The notes beneath the pieces are model-generated. The model did not search any database. It was not told where the DNA came from and worked only from the letters and a program-made list of their open reading frames with translations. From Macrostomum lignano (lineage: Eukaryota), in assembly GCA_002269645.1 (NCBI GenBank), contig NIVC01002362.1, positions 1-64,000 on the forward strand: 64,000 nt of DNA. Direction: 5' to 3'. Position numbers and translations under genes: made by a program. Shown in pieces: positions 52,930 through 64,000 of the stretch (position 1 is its first letter; each line of letters opens with the position of its first letter).

Positions 52930-53916
52930 TTAAAAATGACAGATCTCGATCGGCGCCACCGCGGCAGGTCGCTTGCAGGCGCGGCAAGCAAAGGCAGCGC
53001 GAATCAGGCGCAGGTAGCTGCGTCGAATGCTCGGATTCAGCACGCCGTAGATGATCGGGTTCAGCGTCGAATTGAACACGGCGAGCCACGTGATCACCTT
53101 GTGCGGAATTCTTCCTACGTGGTCGATGAACTTATCAATGTACACGTGGATGCTGTAGGGACCCCAGCACAAGTTGAACACAATGAAAGCGGTCAGCACT
53201 GGAGCAAGAGCCTTCCACTCCTTGCTCATAGAAGAATTGCCTGTATTGCCAATTGAGCTCGTAGCCTCCTTGCGAATCTGGAACAGCTTGTAGAACAGGC
53301 TGATGTAGCAACTGGCGGCCAGTAGTGACGGAACCGCGACTCCGAGCAAGGTGAGCAGTAGGCTCAGTGCAAACGGCGAGTCATTGTCGTAGTAGAAGCA
53401 GATGAACGCCTCGGGAATGTATCCGAATCCTTTCTGCCACCAGAAAAAGCCGCTGACGAGAAACCAAAACACCCAGCAGGCTACGCAGTATGCAATCACC
53501 CTGCCGTCCGTGAAGTGCCTCTGGTACGCGACTCGGTGCATGACGCACAGGTTCCGAGCTACTGCGATCAGCGTGAAGCTGAAGTTGGACACTCCGGCGG
53601 CCGAGAACAGCGCGTACGCGTTCACGCGACAAATGACGTCGTGAAAGACATTGTTCTCGGCGATGCGGTTCGCCAGGATAGTCGGGATCGAGTATGAGCA
53701 CACGAGCAGGTCGGCCATGCCGATGTTTACAATCAGGATGTTTGTGGCCGACTTGAGGTGCTTGAATCGCGTCAGAGAGAGAACTGTGAGCAGGTTTCCA
53801 CAAACTCCGATGCACATTCCGGTGATGAGAAAGACGATGTCAGCGACTTTGAGCTTCGTTTGATTCACCTCCTCGGAGTCGGTGACGTTCTGATCATTTA
53901 CATGTAGGCTGCTCAT
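52930..53916 (-). CDS. Intronless class A GPCR, paralog 2 (328 aa)
   Basis: Same motifs as paralog 1, with identical TM2-TM3 protein sequence. Confidence 0.92.
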   Translation of the reverse strand: MSSLHVNDQNVTDSEEVNQTKLKVADIVFLITGMCIGVCGNLLTVLSLTRFKHLKSATNILIVNIGMADLLVCSYSIPTILANRIAENNVFHDVICRVNAYALFSAAGVSNFSFTLIAVARNLCVMHRVAYQRHFTDGRVIAYCVACWVFWFLVSGFFWWQKGFGYIPEAFICFYYDNDSPFALSLLLTLLGVAVPSLLAASCYISLFYKLFQIRKEATSSIGNTGNSSMSKEWKALAPVLTAFIVFNLCWGPYSIHVYIDKFIDHVGRIPHKVITWLAVFNSTLNPIIYGVLNPSIRRSYLRLIRAAFACRACKRPAAVAPIEICHF

Positions 53917-55461
53917 GCTTAAGCTGCTGTTTGCCTAAATGATTTTGAGGAAGGCATATTCGATCAAATTTAATACCAGAATTAAGCCAAGTTCAATGGG
54001 TCGATGATGCTGCTTTCAAAATCTGTTCCTCTAAAACTCAAGTAATTATTTAGAACATTAAGTCTAACAAAAATCAGTATTTGCGAGGAGAGCGATCGCA
54101 GTATAGCATCGAATTTTAGATTTTCTGCAAGCATTATTTGTATAACGTGCAACTGCCAATAAAACACAATTGACGCTTACGTACCATTCAGTGAGCTCGA
54201 AGTGGTAAATTAAACTTTAACCTGGTATTGCATGTATAAAGACTCAGCTTATTTTAATTGGGGTAGCAGAGATCCGAGGTTGAGTGAGTAGGAATATTAT
54301 AGTATTTTGCCGAGCCAATAGCAGAGCTGAGCTATTCAGGCGTAGGATTTACGGAAAATGAGCTTCAGGACCTCAGGCTTCAACGTCCCAGATTTTTCTG
54401 GGGAATTCTGTACCGGACACACACGCTTTCCGGTGCTGCATTTTCAACAAAAAGCCTCTCGAAGCAAAGTCAGTATCCTGGCAGGATAACACAGCGAATG
54501 CATTGGTTTAAAAGTCAGGTTTTGCTTATTCGTCACGAACCTGATGGAAAATCACTGTCTGGAGTGCTCTTGAAATGCAGCTTAGCGCCCCAGCACTTTG
54601 TTATCCCTCTGTTTTGAGCTTTCCTTTTTCAATTTCAAAGAACTGATAATGAGGACAAATATAAAAGAATTGTTTTATACTAGTAACTTGCAAGATGCTA
54701 GTTGAACACGTGATTGATAAAATACTCGTAGTTCATGAAAGAAATTTTCATGAGGCTGACTTGGATTAGCATTGCGCCGGATAATCAGTGACCGCATCTA
54801 TACCTAAAAGTACACCATCCACTGAAAACAGTCAGGTACCTGTTTCTGACTTATTTGCCTTCTTCACCCAGCCATAAACACGCATCGTCCTTCTCCTATC
54901 ACTTTTAGAGTGCACAGAATTTTTTTATTTTGCCTTTTCTTTTAAAGACGGAATTTTTTGGGCCATGCGAGAGGTTTTACGATTCAACTCTTTATTCGTC
55001 TACTTTCATCAGTAGTCTTAATTGAATCTCGAGAATATTGTTTCAAAACATAAAATAGACTGACTTTACTTTTTTTCTCGCCTTCCAATTCTCACTCAAA
55101 TTAAACCAGTGCGAGACTTAACCGAGGAGGCATCGGGTGTCCAATCCGCAGTGAAAACTCCCCATTCTGCCTCTCCGGTGTCGAGAATACAGAGCGCTTC
55201 ATCAGTACTGCTCTGTCTTTAATTACCCAGTACCAGGACTGGCTCATCCATTTCTGCCCAAACCCGTATTCTGACTCGAGAATCTCTGCCAGCTCGTCCG
55301 CTACTTAAGGGCTACCGCAGGCGAGCGACAATCCACCTTATTGTATTGTATCCTATTGTATCGACAATGCACCGGCACCACCGGATTTCCCTGATCGACA
55401 TCGCAGCACCAGCTGTCCGCGGTCGCCAGGGGGTGGCATCTGGAGGCCTGGAGCCCCTGCA

Positions 55462-57600
55462 GCTATTCTATCTCTCCCATTCCCTCCTGATCACTCTCTC
55501 CTCTTCCCTCCTGATCACTCTCTTCCCTTCCCTCCTGATCACTCTCTTCCCTTCCCTCCTGATCACTCTCTTCCCTTCACTCCTGATTAATCTCTCCCAT
55601 TGCCTCCTGATCACTCTCTCCCCTTCCCTCCTGATCACTCTCTCCTCTTCCCTCCTGATCACTCTCTCCCCTTCCCTCCTGATCCCTCTCTCCCCTTCCC
55701 TCCTGATCACTCTCTCCCCTTCCCTCCTGATCACTCTCTCCCCTTCCCTCCTGATCACTCTCTCCCCTTCCCTCCTGATCACTCTCTCCCTTTCACTCCT
55801 GATCACTCTCTCCCCTTCACTCCTGATCACTCTCTCTCTTCCCTCCTGATCACTCTCTCTCTTCCCTCCTGATCACTCTCTCCCTTTCACTCCTGAGCAC
55901 TCTCTCCCCTTCACTCCTGATCACTCTCTCCCCTTCCCTCCTGATCACTCTCTCCCCTTCCCTCCTGATCACTCTCTCCCCTTCACTCCTGATCACTCTC
56001 TCTCTTCCCTCCTGATCACTCTCTCCCCTTCCCTCCTGATCACTCTCTCCCCTTCCCTCCTGATCCCTCTCTCCCCTTCCCTCCTGATCACTCTCTCCCC
56101 TTCCCTCCTGATCACTCTCTCCCCTTCCCTCCTGATCACTCTCTCCCCTTCCCTCCTGATCACTCTCTCCCTTTCACTCCTGATCACTCTCTCCCCTTCA
56201 CTCCTGATCACTCTCTCTCTTCCCTCCTGATCACTCTCTCTCTTCCCTCCTGATCACTCTCTCCCTTTCACTCCTGAGCACTCTCTCCCCTTCACTCCTG
56301 ATCACTCTCTCCCCTTCCCTCCTGATCACTCTCTCCCCTTCCCTCCTGATCACTCTCTCCCCTTCACTCCTGATCACTCTCTCTCTTCCCTCCTGATCAC
56401 TCTCTCCCCTTCACTCCTGATCACTCTCTCCCCTTCCCTCCTGATCACTCTCTCTCTTCCCTCCTGATCACTCTCTCCCTTTCACTCCTGAGCACTCTCT
56501 CCCCTTCCCTCCTGATCACTCTCTCATCTATCCTCCTGATCACTCTCTCCCCTTCCCTCCTGATCACTCTCTCCCTTTCACTCCTGATCACTCTCTCTCT
56601 TCCCTCCTGATCACTCTCTCCCTTTCACTCCTGAGCACTCTCTCCCCTTCACTCCTGATCACTCTCTCCCCTTCCCTCCTGATCACTCTCTCCCCTTCCC
56701 TCCTGATCACTCTCTCCCCTTCACTCCTGATCACTCTCTCTCTTCCCTCCTGATCACTCTCTCCCCTTCACTCCTGATCACTCTCTCCCCTTCCCTCCTG
56801 ATCACTCTCTCTCTTCCCTCCTGATCACTCTCTCCCTTTCACTCCTGAGCACTCTCTCCCCTTCCCTCCTGATCACTCTCTCATCTATCCTCCTGATCAC
56901 TCTCTCCCCTTCCCTCCTGATCACTCTCTCCCTTTCACTCCTGATCACTCTCTCTCTTCCCTCCTGATCACTCTCTCCCTTTCACTCCTGATCACTCTCT
57001 CTCTTCCCTCCTGATCACTCTCTCCCTTTCACTCCTGATCACTCTCTCTCTTCCCTCCTGATCACTCTCTCCCCTTCACTCCTGATCACTCTCTCCACTT
57101 CCCTCCTGATCACTCTCTCTCTTCCCTCCTGATCACTCTCTCCCCTTCCCTCCTGATCCCTCTCTCCCCTTCCTTCCTGATCCCTCTCTCCCCTTCCCTC
57201 CTGATCACTCTCTCCCTTTCACTCCTGATCACTCTCTCCCCTTCCCTCCTGATCACTTTCTCTCTTCCCTCCTGATCACTCTCTCTCTTCCCTCCTGATC
57301 ACTCTCTTCCCTTCCCTCCTGATCACTCTCTCCCCTTCCCTCCTGATCACTCTCTCATCTATCCTCCTGATCACTCTCTCCCCTTCCCTCCTGATCACTC
57401 TCTCTCTTCCCTCCTGATCACTCTCTTCCCTTCCCTCCTGATCACTCTCTCCTCTTCCCTCCTGAACAATATCTCCCCTTCCCTCCTGATCACTCTCTCT
57501 CTTCCCTCCTGATCACTCTCTTCCCTTCCCTCCTGATCACTCTCTCCTCTTCCCTCCTGATCACTCTCTCATCTATCCTCCTGATCACTCTCGCTCCTTT
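55462..57600. repeat. 24-bp minisatellite CCTTCCCTCCTGATCACTCTCTCC, roughly 90 copies
   Basis: Read directly. Confidence 0.97.
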
Positions 57601-57969
57601 CTTCCTGATCAAATGAAGCCCTTTATTTAAAAAATCAATTGACGAGGCTCATGGTTGCGCAGAGAGCTTCATTCTTATCTAGAAATTTACAAAAGCCAAT
57701 GCAGTTGGCGTAGGGGTCGATGCAAAACTGACGCGAAACAGACTCAATTATTTTGATTGCGTCTGGGATTTAAAAAAAATACTTGAATGCCGCAATGAGA
57801 AAGTGAGGCAAGCTTGAAACACATGATGCAGCGAGTAAGCAGGAGCGCAGAGCATAGGCAATTATCTCACCAGGCTTTGTGGGAAAAATCGGCAATAAAA
57901 TCAATTGACTTGAAAATAATTGATCAGATAGAAATCTCAGTAAGCTCGTTGTAACCCCAGTTTTCGGAC

Positions 57970-59220
57970 ATGGACTACGACCGGATTTCGAACTCAACGA
58001 CCAATGCGAGCACCCAGACTCAGCCCTGGTTCCTGGATCCGGGTTGGGCCACTTTTTTGTGGAGCGTCTTCATCTGGCTGTTCCCACTGCTCTGCCTGCC
58101 CGCCAGCTGCCTTAACGCCATCGCCATCCGAAAGATCTTCCCACCCGTGGCTCGGCACTATCTGCTGCTCATCACGGCGCACAACTGAATCATCCTGTCT
58201 CTGAAGGCGGCTACTCACTACTTCGGCTTCTTCCGCTCGGGTACCGACCGGCCCTGGTTGTGGTTCACGTCGCCACGCTTCTGGGGTCCAGCCTCCTGTG
58301 TCCTGTACGAGTTCTTCTCCTACTACCTGTACTCCTGCACGCCTTTCTTCCAGGTGCCGCTGACGCTGGACAGCCTGTTGGCCGTAGCGGCTCCGCTGCG
58401 GTCCCGCGCCAAACTGGGCGGCCTGCTGGGCGGACGCCGCTGCCGTCGTGGCCTCCTGATCGGCGTTCTGGTCGCCGCTGCCTGGGCCCCAGCGCTGCTA
58501 GCCGCCCAGCGGGTCTGGGTGACGGACCCGCTGCCGACCTGCGGGGTGCGCGGTGGCCCCGGCCTGCAGAAGGCGCTGGCCGTCATGGAGATGGCCTACG
58601 GTGTGGCTCTACCGGCGCTCCTGCTCGCTGCTGGATCAGTCGCGACCGTTGCTCTGCTCGTTCGGCACCAGGGGAGGCTCAGGCAGCGACTGCCGATGAC
58701 AGCGAGCTGCACTGCTGGCGCCAACTGCGTCACCGCTTTGAGCAGTCGAAGTCGCCTAGCGGTGCGTCTGCTAATAACTCCGCTGCTGATGAACCTCCTG
58801 TTCGTGCTGAGCATCCTGCCCTGGCCAGTCAACCTGCTGCTGGACCCCGGCATTGCGGCGGCCGCTGCCAGGGTTGCTGAAGCCCCAGCAGATTTGCATA
58901 TCCGCTGGAGGGTGCTGAACACCGTGCTTTACCTGTACCACGCATTCAACTGGATCGGCTTGTTTGCTGGTGAAAAGTTTCGCAATGAGCTGATTAATTG
59001 CTTGATAGTCTGCTGCTGCCGCTGCTTCTGCCTGTCAGCGCGAAGAGCTCTGCAACAACGTCGACCAGCAACTGATTCGACTTTGATAGCAATGTCCGAG
59101 CGACACTTTAGTTACTTAGAAACTAGGAACCGATCTAGAAGTCTTTTATACAATGTGAATTCAGGGCTAGTCGTCCTCAAGGGGCCTTCAACTTTAAAAA
59201 GCGCTGTCAAAAACCAATGA
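57970..59220 (+). pseudogene. Divergent class A GPCR (416 codons) interrupted by a single in-frame TGA at 58186-58188
   Basis: ORFs 57970 and 58258 share a frame and the sequence between reads *IILSLKAATHYFGFFRSGTDRPWL. TM1 CLPASCLN, TM3 end LTLDSLLAVAAPLR, TM6 ILPWP, TM7 YHAFNWIGLFAGEKFR. Confidence 0.75.
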
Positions 59221-60196
59221 GTTTAAATGAAATTCAACACCTGCATCCACATGTGCTTACAATTTTGTTTAAGAATTTTTTTGCGATTGCTGTAGAGCAA
59301 CTAAGAGCAACAGACTACTAGACTTCTGAGGTTGAAATCTCTCGATTGCGGCGCCAATCAGGACATGAGTGCCGTAGGCGAATGAGTGGAGAATGAGTGC
59401 CGTAGGCGCTTTATTTAAGAAAGGACTTAAAACATTAAATTTTTATTTAATGAATAAGCCAATGATACAGATTTGGTATATTTTCAGTTATTACACAGAA
59501 ACCGGTCTATACGAGAGTGCGAGCTGTAAATGTTTAAATAAAATTCTGTCAGTAGTAATTATTAATAATAATAAATTGTGATCAAGGACGTTCCTACTAA
59601 AAATCAACTCTATGCAAATAACCTGAAACCGCCATCCATTTTGCTGACCCTAAAGTGCAAGAAAAAACACTGATGAAGTACGAGCTAAACGACTTTCTCC
59701 TAATCAGGCATGCTGACATTCCACACCTTGTCAGTCGCACCTTAAGCCTGTATGCATGTCGTATCTGAACATGATTCTTGACTATGACCCGCTGTTCAAT
59801 GCGATTAGTGCCATAATATTTTAAGCATCAAGTACTTCATGAGACAAAAAAAATCTCAAAATTCGATAGGTAATTTGAAATCGGTAATCATAAGATTATG
59901 TTACCAACATAAAATGAGTATGTGCACATTTTACCTGGCAGATTCCAGTCAAGCTAAATCAAAGTTAACTAAGTCTCAATTATCAACAGGTTTTCCAACC
60001 GCAAAATTTCCCCTTTTCTGAGAGCATTCTGAGATCACATACATGTAGTTACGAACTACGAGTATGATTACACAGCATAAAATATTTAGCTTTCTTTCAA
60101 AGCTATCACAAATAAATTGTATTTAGCTATAAAGTCTGTCTGTAAAGAGCCAGTCCACACGCTGATCTAAATTTTCATTGCTAGTACATGTTGGTC

Positions 60197-61201
60197 TCAG
60201 ATCTCAATGTGTGCCACGGACGCTGTTCGCTTCAAGGAGCAGCAGACAAGCGCTGCTTTGATAAGTAGCGCGTAGCTTCGCCGAAAGTTCGAGTTCAGCA
60301 CGCCGTAGATGATCGGATTCAGCGTCGAGTTGAAAACGGCGAGCCAAGTCATCACCTTGTGCGGAATTCTGCCTACGTGTTCGATGAACTTATCAATGTA
60401 CACGTGAATGCTGTAGGGACCCCAGCACAAGTTGAACACAATGAAAGCGGTCAGCACTGGAGCAAGAGCCTTCCACTCCTTGCTCATAGAAGAATTGCCT
60501 GTATTGCCAATTGAGCTCGTAGCCTCCTTGCGAATCTGGAACAGCTTGTAGAACAGGCTGATGTAGCAACTGGCGGCCAGTAGTGACGGAACCGCGACTC
60601 CGAGCAAGGTGAGCAGTAGGCTCAGTGCAAACGGCGAGTCATTGTCGTAGTAGAAGCAGATGAACGCCTCGGGAATGTATCCGAATCCTCTCTGCCACCA
60701 GAAAAAGCCGCTGACGAGAAACCAAAACACCCAGCAGGTTACGCAGTATGCAATCACCCTGCCGTCCGTGAAGTGCCTCTGGTACGCGACTCGGTGCATG
60801 ACGCACAGGTTCCGAGCTACTGCGATCAGCGTGAAGCTGAAGTTGGACACTCCGGCGGCCGAGAACAGCGCGTACGCGTTCACGCGACAAATGACGTCGT
60901 GAAAGACATTGTTCTCGGCGATGCGGTTAGCCAGGATAGTCGGGATCGAGTATGAGCACACGAGCAGGTCGGCCATGCCGATGTTCACAACCAGGATGTT
61001 CGTGGCTGACTTAAGCTGCTTGAATCGCGTCACGGAGAGGATCGTGAGCAGGTTTCCGCAAACTCCGACGCACATTCCGGCGATAAGACAGACGATGTCG
61101 ACAATTTTCATCTCTAGAGAATCGGAATCATCTAGCTCGATGTCTGTCGCATTTGTTAAGCTGTAGTTGCAGATGCTGTTTTCATCCAATTGATGCGGCA
61201 T
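60197..61201 (-). CDS. Intronless class A GPCR, paralog 3 (334 aa)
   Basis: Same motifs as paralogs 1 and 2. Confidence 0.92.
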   Translation of the reverse strand: MPHQLDENSICNYSLTNATDIELDDSDSLEMKIVDIVCLIAGMCVGVCGNLLTILSVTRFKQLKSATNILVVNIGMADLLVCSYSIPTILANRIAENNVFHDVICRVNAYALFSAAGVSNFSFTLIAVARNLCVMHRVAYQRHFTDGRVIAYCVTCWVFWFLVSGFFWWQRGFGYIPEAFICFYYDNDSPFALSLLLTLLGVAVPSLLAASCYISLFYKLFQIRKEATSSIGNTGNSSMSKEWKALAPVLTAFIVFNLCWGPYSIHVYIDKFIEHVGRIPHKVMTWLAVFNSTLNPIIYGVLNSNFRRSYALLIKAALVCCSLKRTASVAHIEI

Positions 61202-62276
61202 AGTTTCTCTTGGTAATTATTATTAAATGTTTTCTCAGATATCATGGAAAGGTTAGGGCTAATAGTACCTCTCAACTCAATTGCTGAATCTATAGAGGCT
61301 CGCTGTTTAAGAAGCAGCTCTTGACAAAGCGTTTGGAAATCTGAGCTACAGCTAGTAGTTGTATCCGGTGAGTCCCTCAGTCCGTGATAGTTTTTGCCTC
61401 TGGTTTTATCTTACAGAGCTGGGCCAATCACTATGCGGTTTTTTTGTGAGCATCTTAATAGATTAGCAAATCGCTATTGGGTTGTTTTTCGACCGTATTG
61501 TCTGATTTTAGGGAATTTGTACCAGAAAGAAGTACATTGTACTAATTCTTCCCTGTTATTATCGCTTTCGACGATCTAAATCAGAATTAAGTCAAACAAA
61601 AAGAGCCTCTATGTGTTTCCTATACAAACCAGCGTGGGCGATGTTAAGAAAAACATGGCCATAGACTATAAGTACTGAAAAAATATATGGTATCACCCCG
61701 ATAGATTTGGTCGACGGCAAGGACAACTTGATCAACTTTGTCCTTGGCCAGTAAATGCAGTCCTCAGCCACTCTTGAGGCCAAATCAATGAATCCATGGG
61801 GGTGATACTTTATTTTTCCCTCATTTGACTGACCTATAGAGTCAAATTCTGTAGTCTATGGTAGAAAACCGGAAGAAAGAAGGAAGAGTACGAGCTAGAG
61901 AGGAAAGCGAGGATTAGACGCAAGAAAGAAAGGAGAGACGATAATTTTTACACCATATTCTTTCTCTGCTAGGCAATTATGGATTTTCCATGTGATTTTC
62001 ATGTAGAAATTGACCATAGATTTTCGGAGTCTATTCCTGGAGCCGAATGCAAGCGTCAAGAGCAATGAGCAACAGCAGGCACAATATGACTACGGAGGAG
62101 GAGGAGATCGATCAGAATATGGAAGACCAAGTACCCGGAGAATACGGGATACGAGAAGAAGAAGAAGAAGAAGAAGGCCCGCGGAAGGTGGACGAGCATC
62201 TCTAATGGTATTTAAAGTGTTCCTCGAGATTTCAAAGTCGGACTTCAATTTTTTATTGAAGTTCTTTATACTCCAG

Positions 62277-62450
62277 GTGCGGAATAAAGACGGTGAGAGA
62301 TGTTGCGCGTCGACTCTTAAGGACTTCTTGTTTATGAAACAATTGCATATGCAAGCTGTATTATAGCGAAACTGGAGTCTTTGGAAGGATAAAGATACGT
62401 TGTACCGTGTTCCTTCGCCATTTTTGGCCATTTATTTGGTCAGATAAATT
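62277..62450 (+). pseudogene. Possible degenerate Crypton/DUF3504-type tyrosine-recombinase N-terminal fragment
   Basis: After a ctccAG acceptor: VRNKDGERCCASTLKDFL, resembling the VRK.DG..Y...TL motif of Crypton-derived proteins. Stops follow. Confidence 0.3.
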
Positions 62451-63702
62451 CTGCAACGTTTTTAATTGGTTGACGAATTTATTTAGCCCAGCCAAAACAA
62501 CTATAAATTGAATAATTGGATAAATTAACCAACAAGGGACCTTAAAGGGGTGAAGAATCAATAAATTAAGAATCAAAATGAGACGCAGTCTATCAATGCG
62601 AGAACGAGTCCCTCAGCGTGTTTCATTCTCGTGCATCTGAACTTAAACTCTACTCTGATCATCCATTCTAGATTCTTACCATAGACTAAATTTGTTCCAT
62701 CCCTATACTCGTACCCTGCATCTTCGAAAGAGGCAATTAGCTGATCAGATTTTAGAGCAGCAATGGATATCAAAGAAAGAGTAATAACAATTTAAATAAT
62801 GATTTCTAAATGCTACTCTGCATCTTAGACAGAGAATAGGGTGTCGAAAGTAATTAAAATCTGATTCGGAAATATCAGATACTTTTACAGTCAATAAGTA
62901 AATATCCTTTTTCTCATTCTATTTCCTATTTCTTTCCACTGTTTTAGAGCTTTCAAAGCACCCGTCAGTCAGTCGTATTTCACAAAGCGGGGCGACATGT
63001 TGGGTGTAATGACTAAAGTGAGAGGCCTGAGATGCTGAGATGAAAGCTTCACAGTGGGCTGATCGATAATTTATATACTTGTGAACGATGAATATAGTCA
63101 CATACGAGTACTGTAAGCAGGGTAAATGCACGCATATTGAGGCCAGGCTACTCTGGGGGACCCGGCCCCGCCCCCTACTACGAGACTACATGTACGACGC
63201 TGTTTTCAATTGACATCCATTTTATTTGCTCTCGACGATTTTCTCTCTCAAAGATTTTTGCAAAATATTAGAGTACGTGTTCCCATTAGTGGATAATTGC
63301 AGCACCGTTGCTTGCTCAGGAAGCGCAAAAAATCCGTGAGCACTAATGAGGATATTTTTTGACGAAAAATGGCAATGTTTTATATACAATTATCGCAATA
63401 AAACACGCTTCGCTTCATTGCAGATCGAGAAAAAACGTCACGCAAGGATGCAAATCCTTATTAGAAGAAATGCTATTCTTGAACCTAATCGTAAAATCCA
63501 GTAGAATTGTAAATAATCATTTACATTTATGGCTACATTACTGCAGCTAAATTTGCTTCCCATTAGGAAAGCTCGTCTTGTGATCGAATATCAGACAAAG
63601 TAGAACCGATTCTAGCTACTCCTCATTATACCGTTTCGACCAGGGTTTGTTTTTTGAGGTTGTCACAAACTTTGCGTCACACAACATGCGCATCTGATTT
63701 CC

Positions 63703-63796
63703 GCAGTCCGTGAAGTACCTCTAGTACACGACTCGATGAATGACGCACAGGTTCCGAGCTACTGCGATCAGCGTGAAGCTGAAGTTGGACACTCCA
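63703..63796 (-). pseudogene. About 94-bp fragment (TM3-ICL2) of the 47/53/60 kb GPCR family, most like paralog 1
   Basis: Near-identical to about 47672-47765; it shares the CAGTCC, TACACG and ACTCCA variants with paralog 1. Confidence 0.8.
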
Positions 63797-64000
63797 TGGA
63801 AGTGTCGTCTGCAAGAGGCAGCAGAAGACGGCTGGCGCAGCGGTCTGAGGTCAAGATCACTGTCAATGCAGTTTCGTGCAGCCTAGTGCCCTACTAAAGA
63901 CCTTGCAATCCAGGCTAAAAGATGACATGTATATTGATCGTATCGCGACCTTCTTAGTCATTTCTTCAGTTCATCTGGGCTTGTGTCATGTTTACTCTGT

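Noticed and set aside
55346-56211. SLLITL / VIRREGER repeat ORFs
   Set aside because: They are translations of the 24-bp minisatellite.

Overview
Eukaryotic (metazoan) genomic DNA with GT-AG introns, intronless rhodopsin-family GPCR genes, SINE/LINE relics and very long micro- and minisatellites. The style fits a free-living flatworm such as Macrostomum, which is an inference and not proven. The host-like genes are the last two exons of a single-pass membrane protein (1.8-3.0 kb), a peptide-receptor-like GPCR (11.5-13.0 kb) and a GPCR cluster at 47-64 kb (three near-identical paralogs, one fragment, and one unrelated GPCR broken by a single TGA). The most unusual part is about 19.7-45.1 kb. 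It carries a 3-exon, about 1057-aa gene (31359-34848, both introns join in frame) ending in a superfamily-3 helicase with parvovirus NS1-like Walker A/B/B'/C spacing. Beside it is a nested inverted-repeat structure (25.0-30.8 kb) containing two tandem 1227-bp units, each with a 220-bp-arm hairpin and telomere-like CCCTAA repeats; one unit is interrupted by a dead IS630/Tc1-mariner element whose empty TA site is visible in the other. The region also holds two 21-bp-period arrays, an acidic orphan ORF, repeat-built opposite-strand reading frames and a stranded Tudor exon. Together this looks like an endogenous ssDNA-virus-like or rolling-hairpin-type mobile element with host-style introns. All translations and alignments beyond the supplied ORF track were done by eye; no database search was run.
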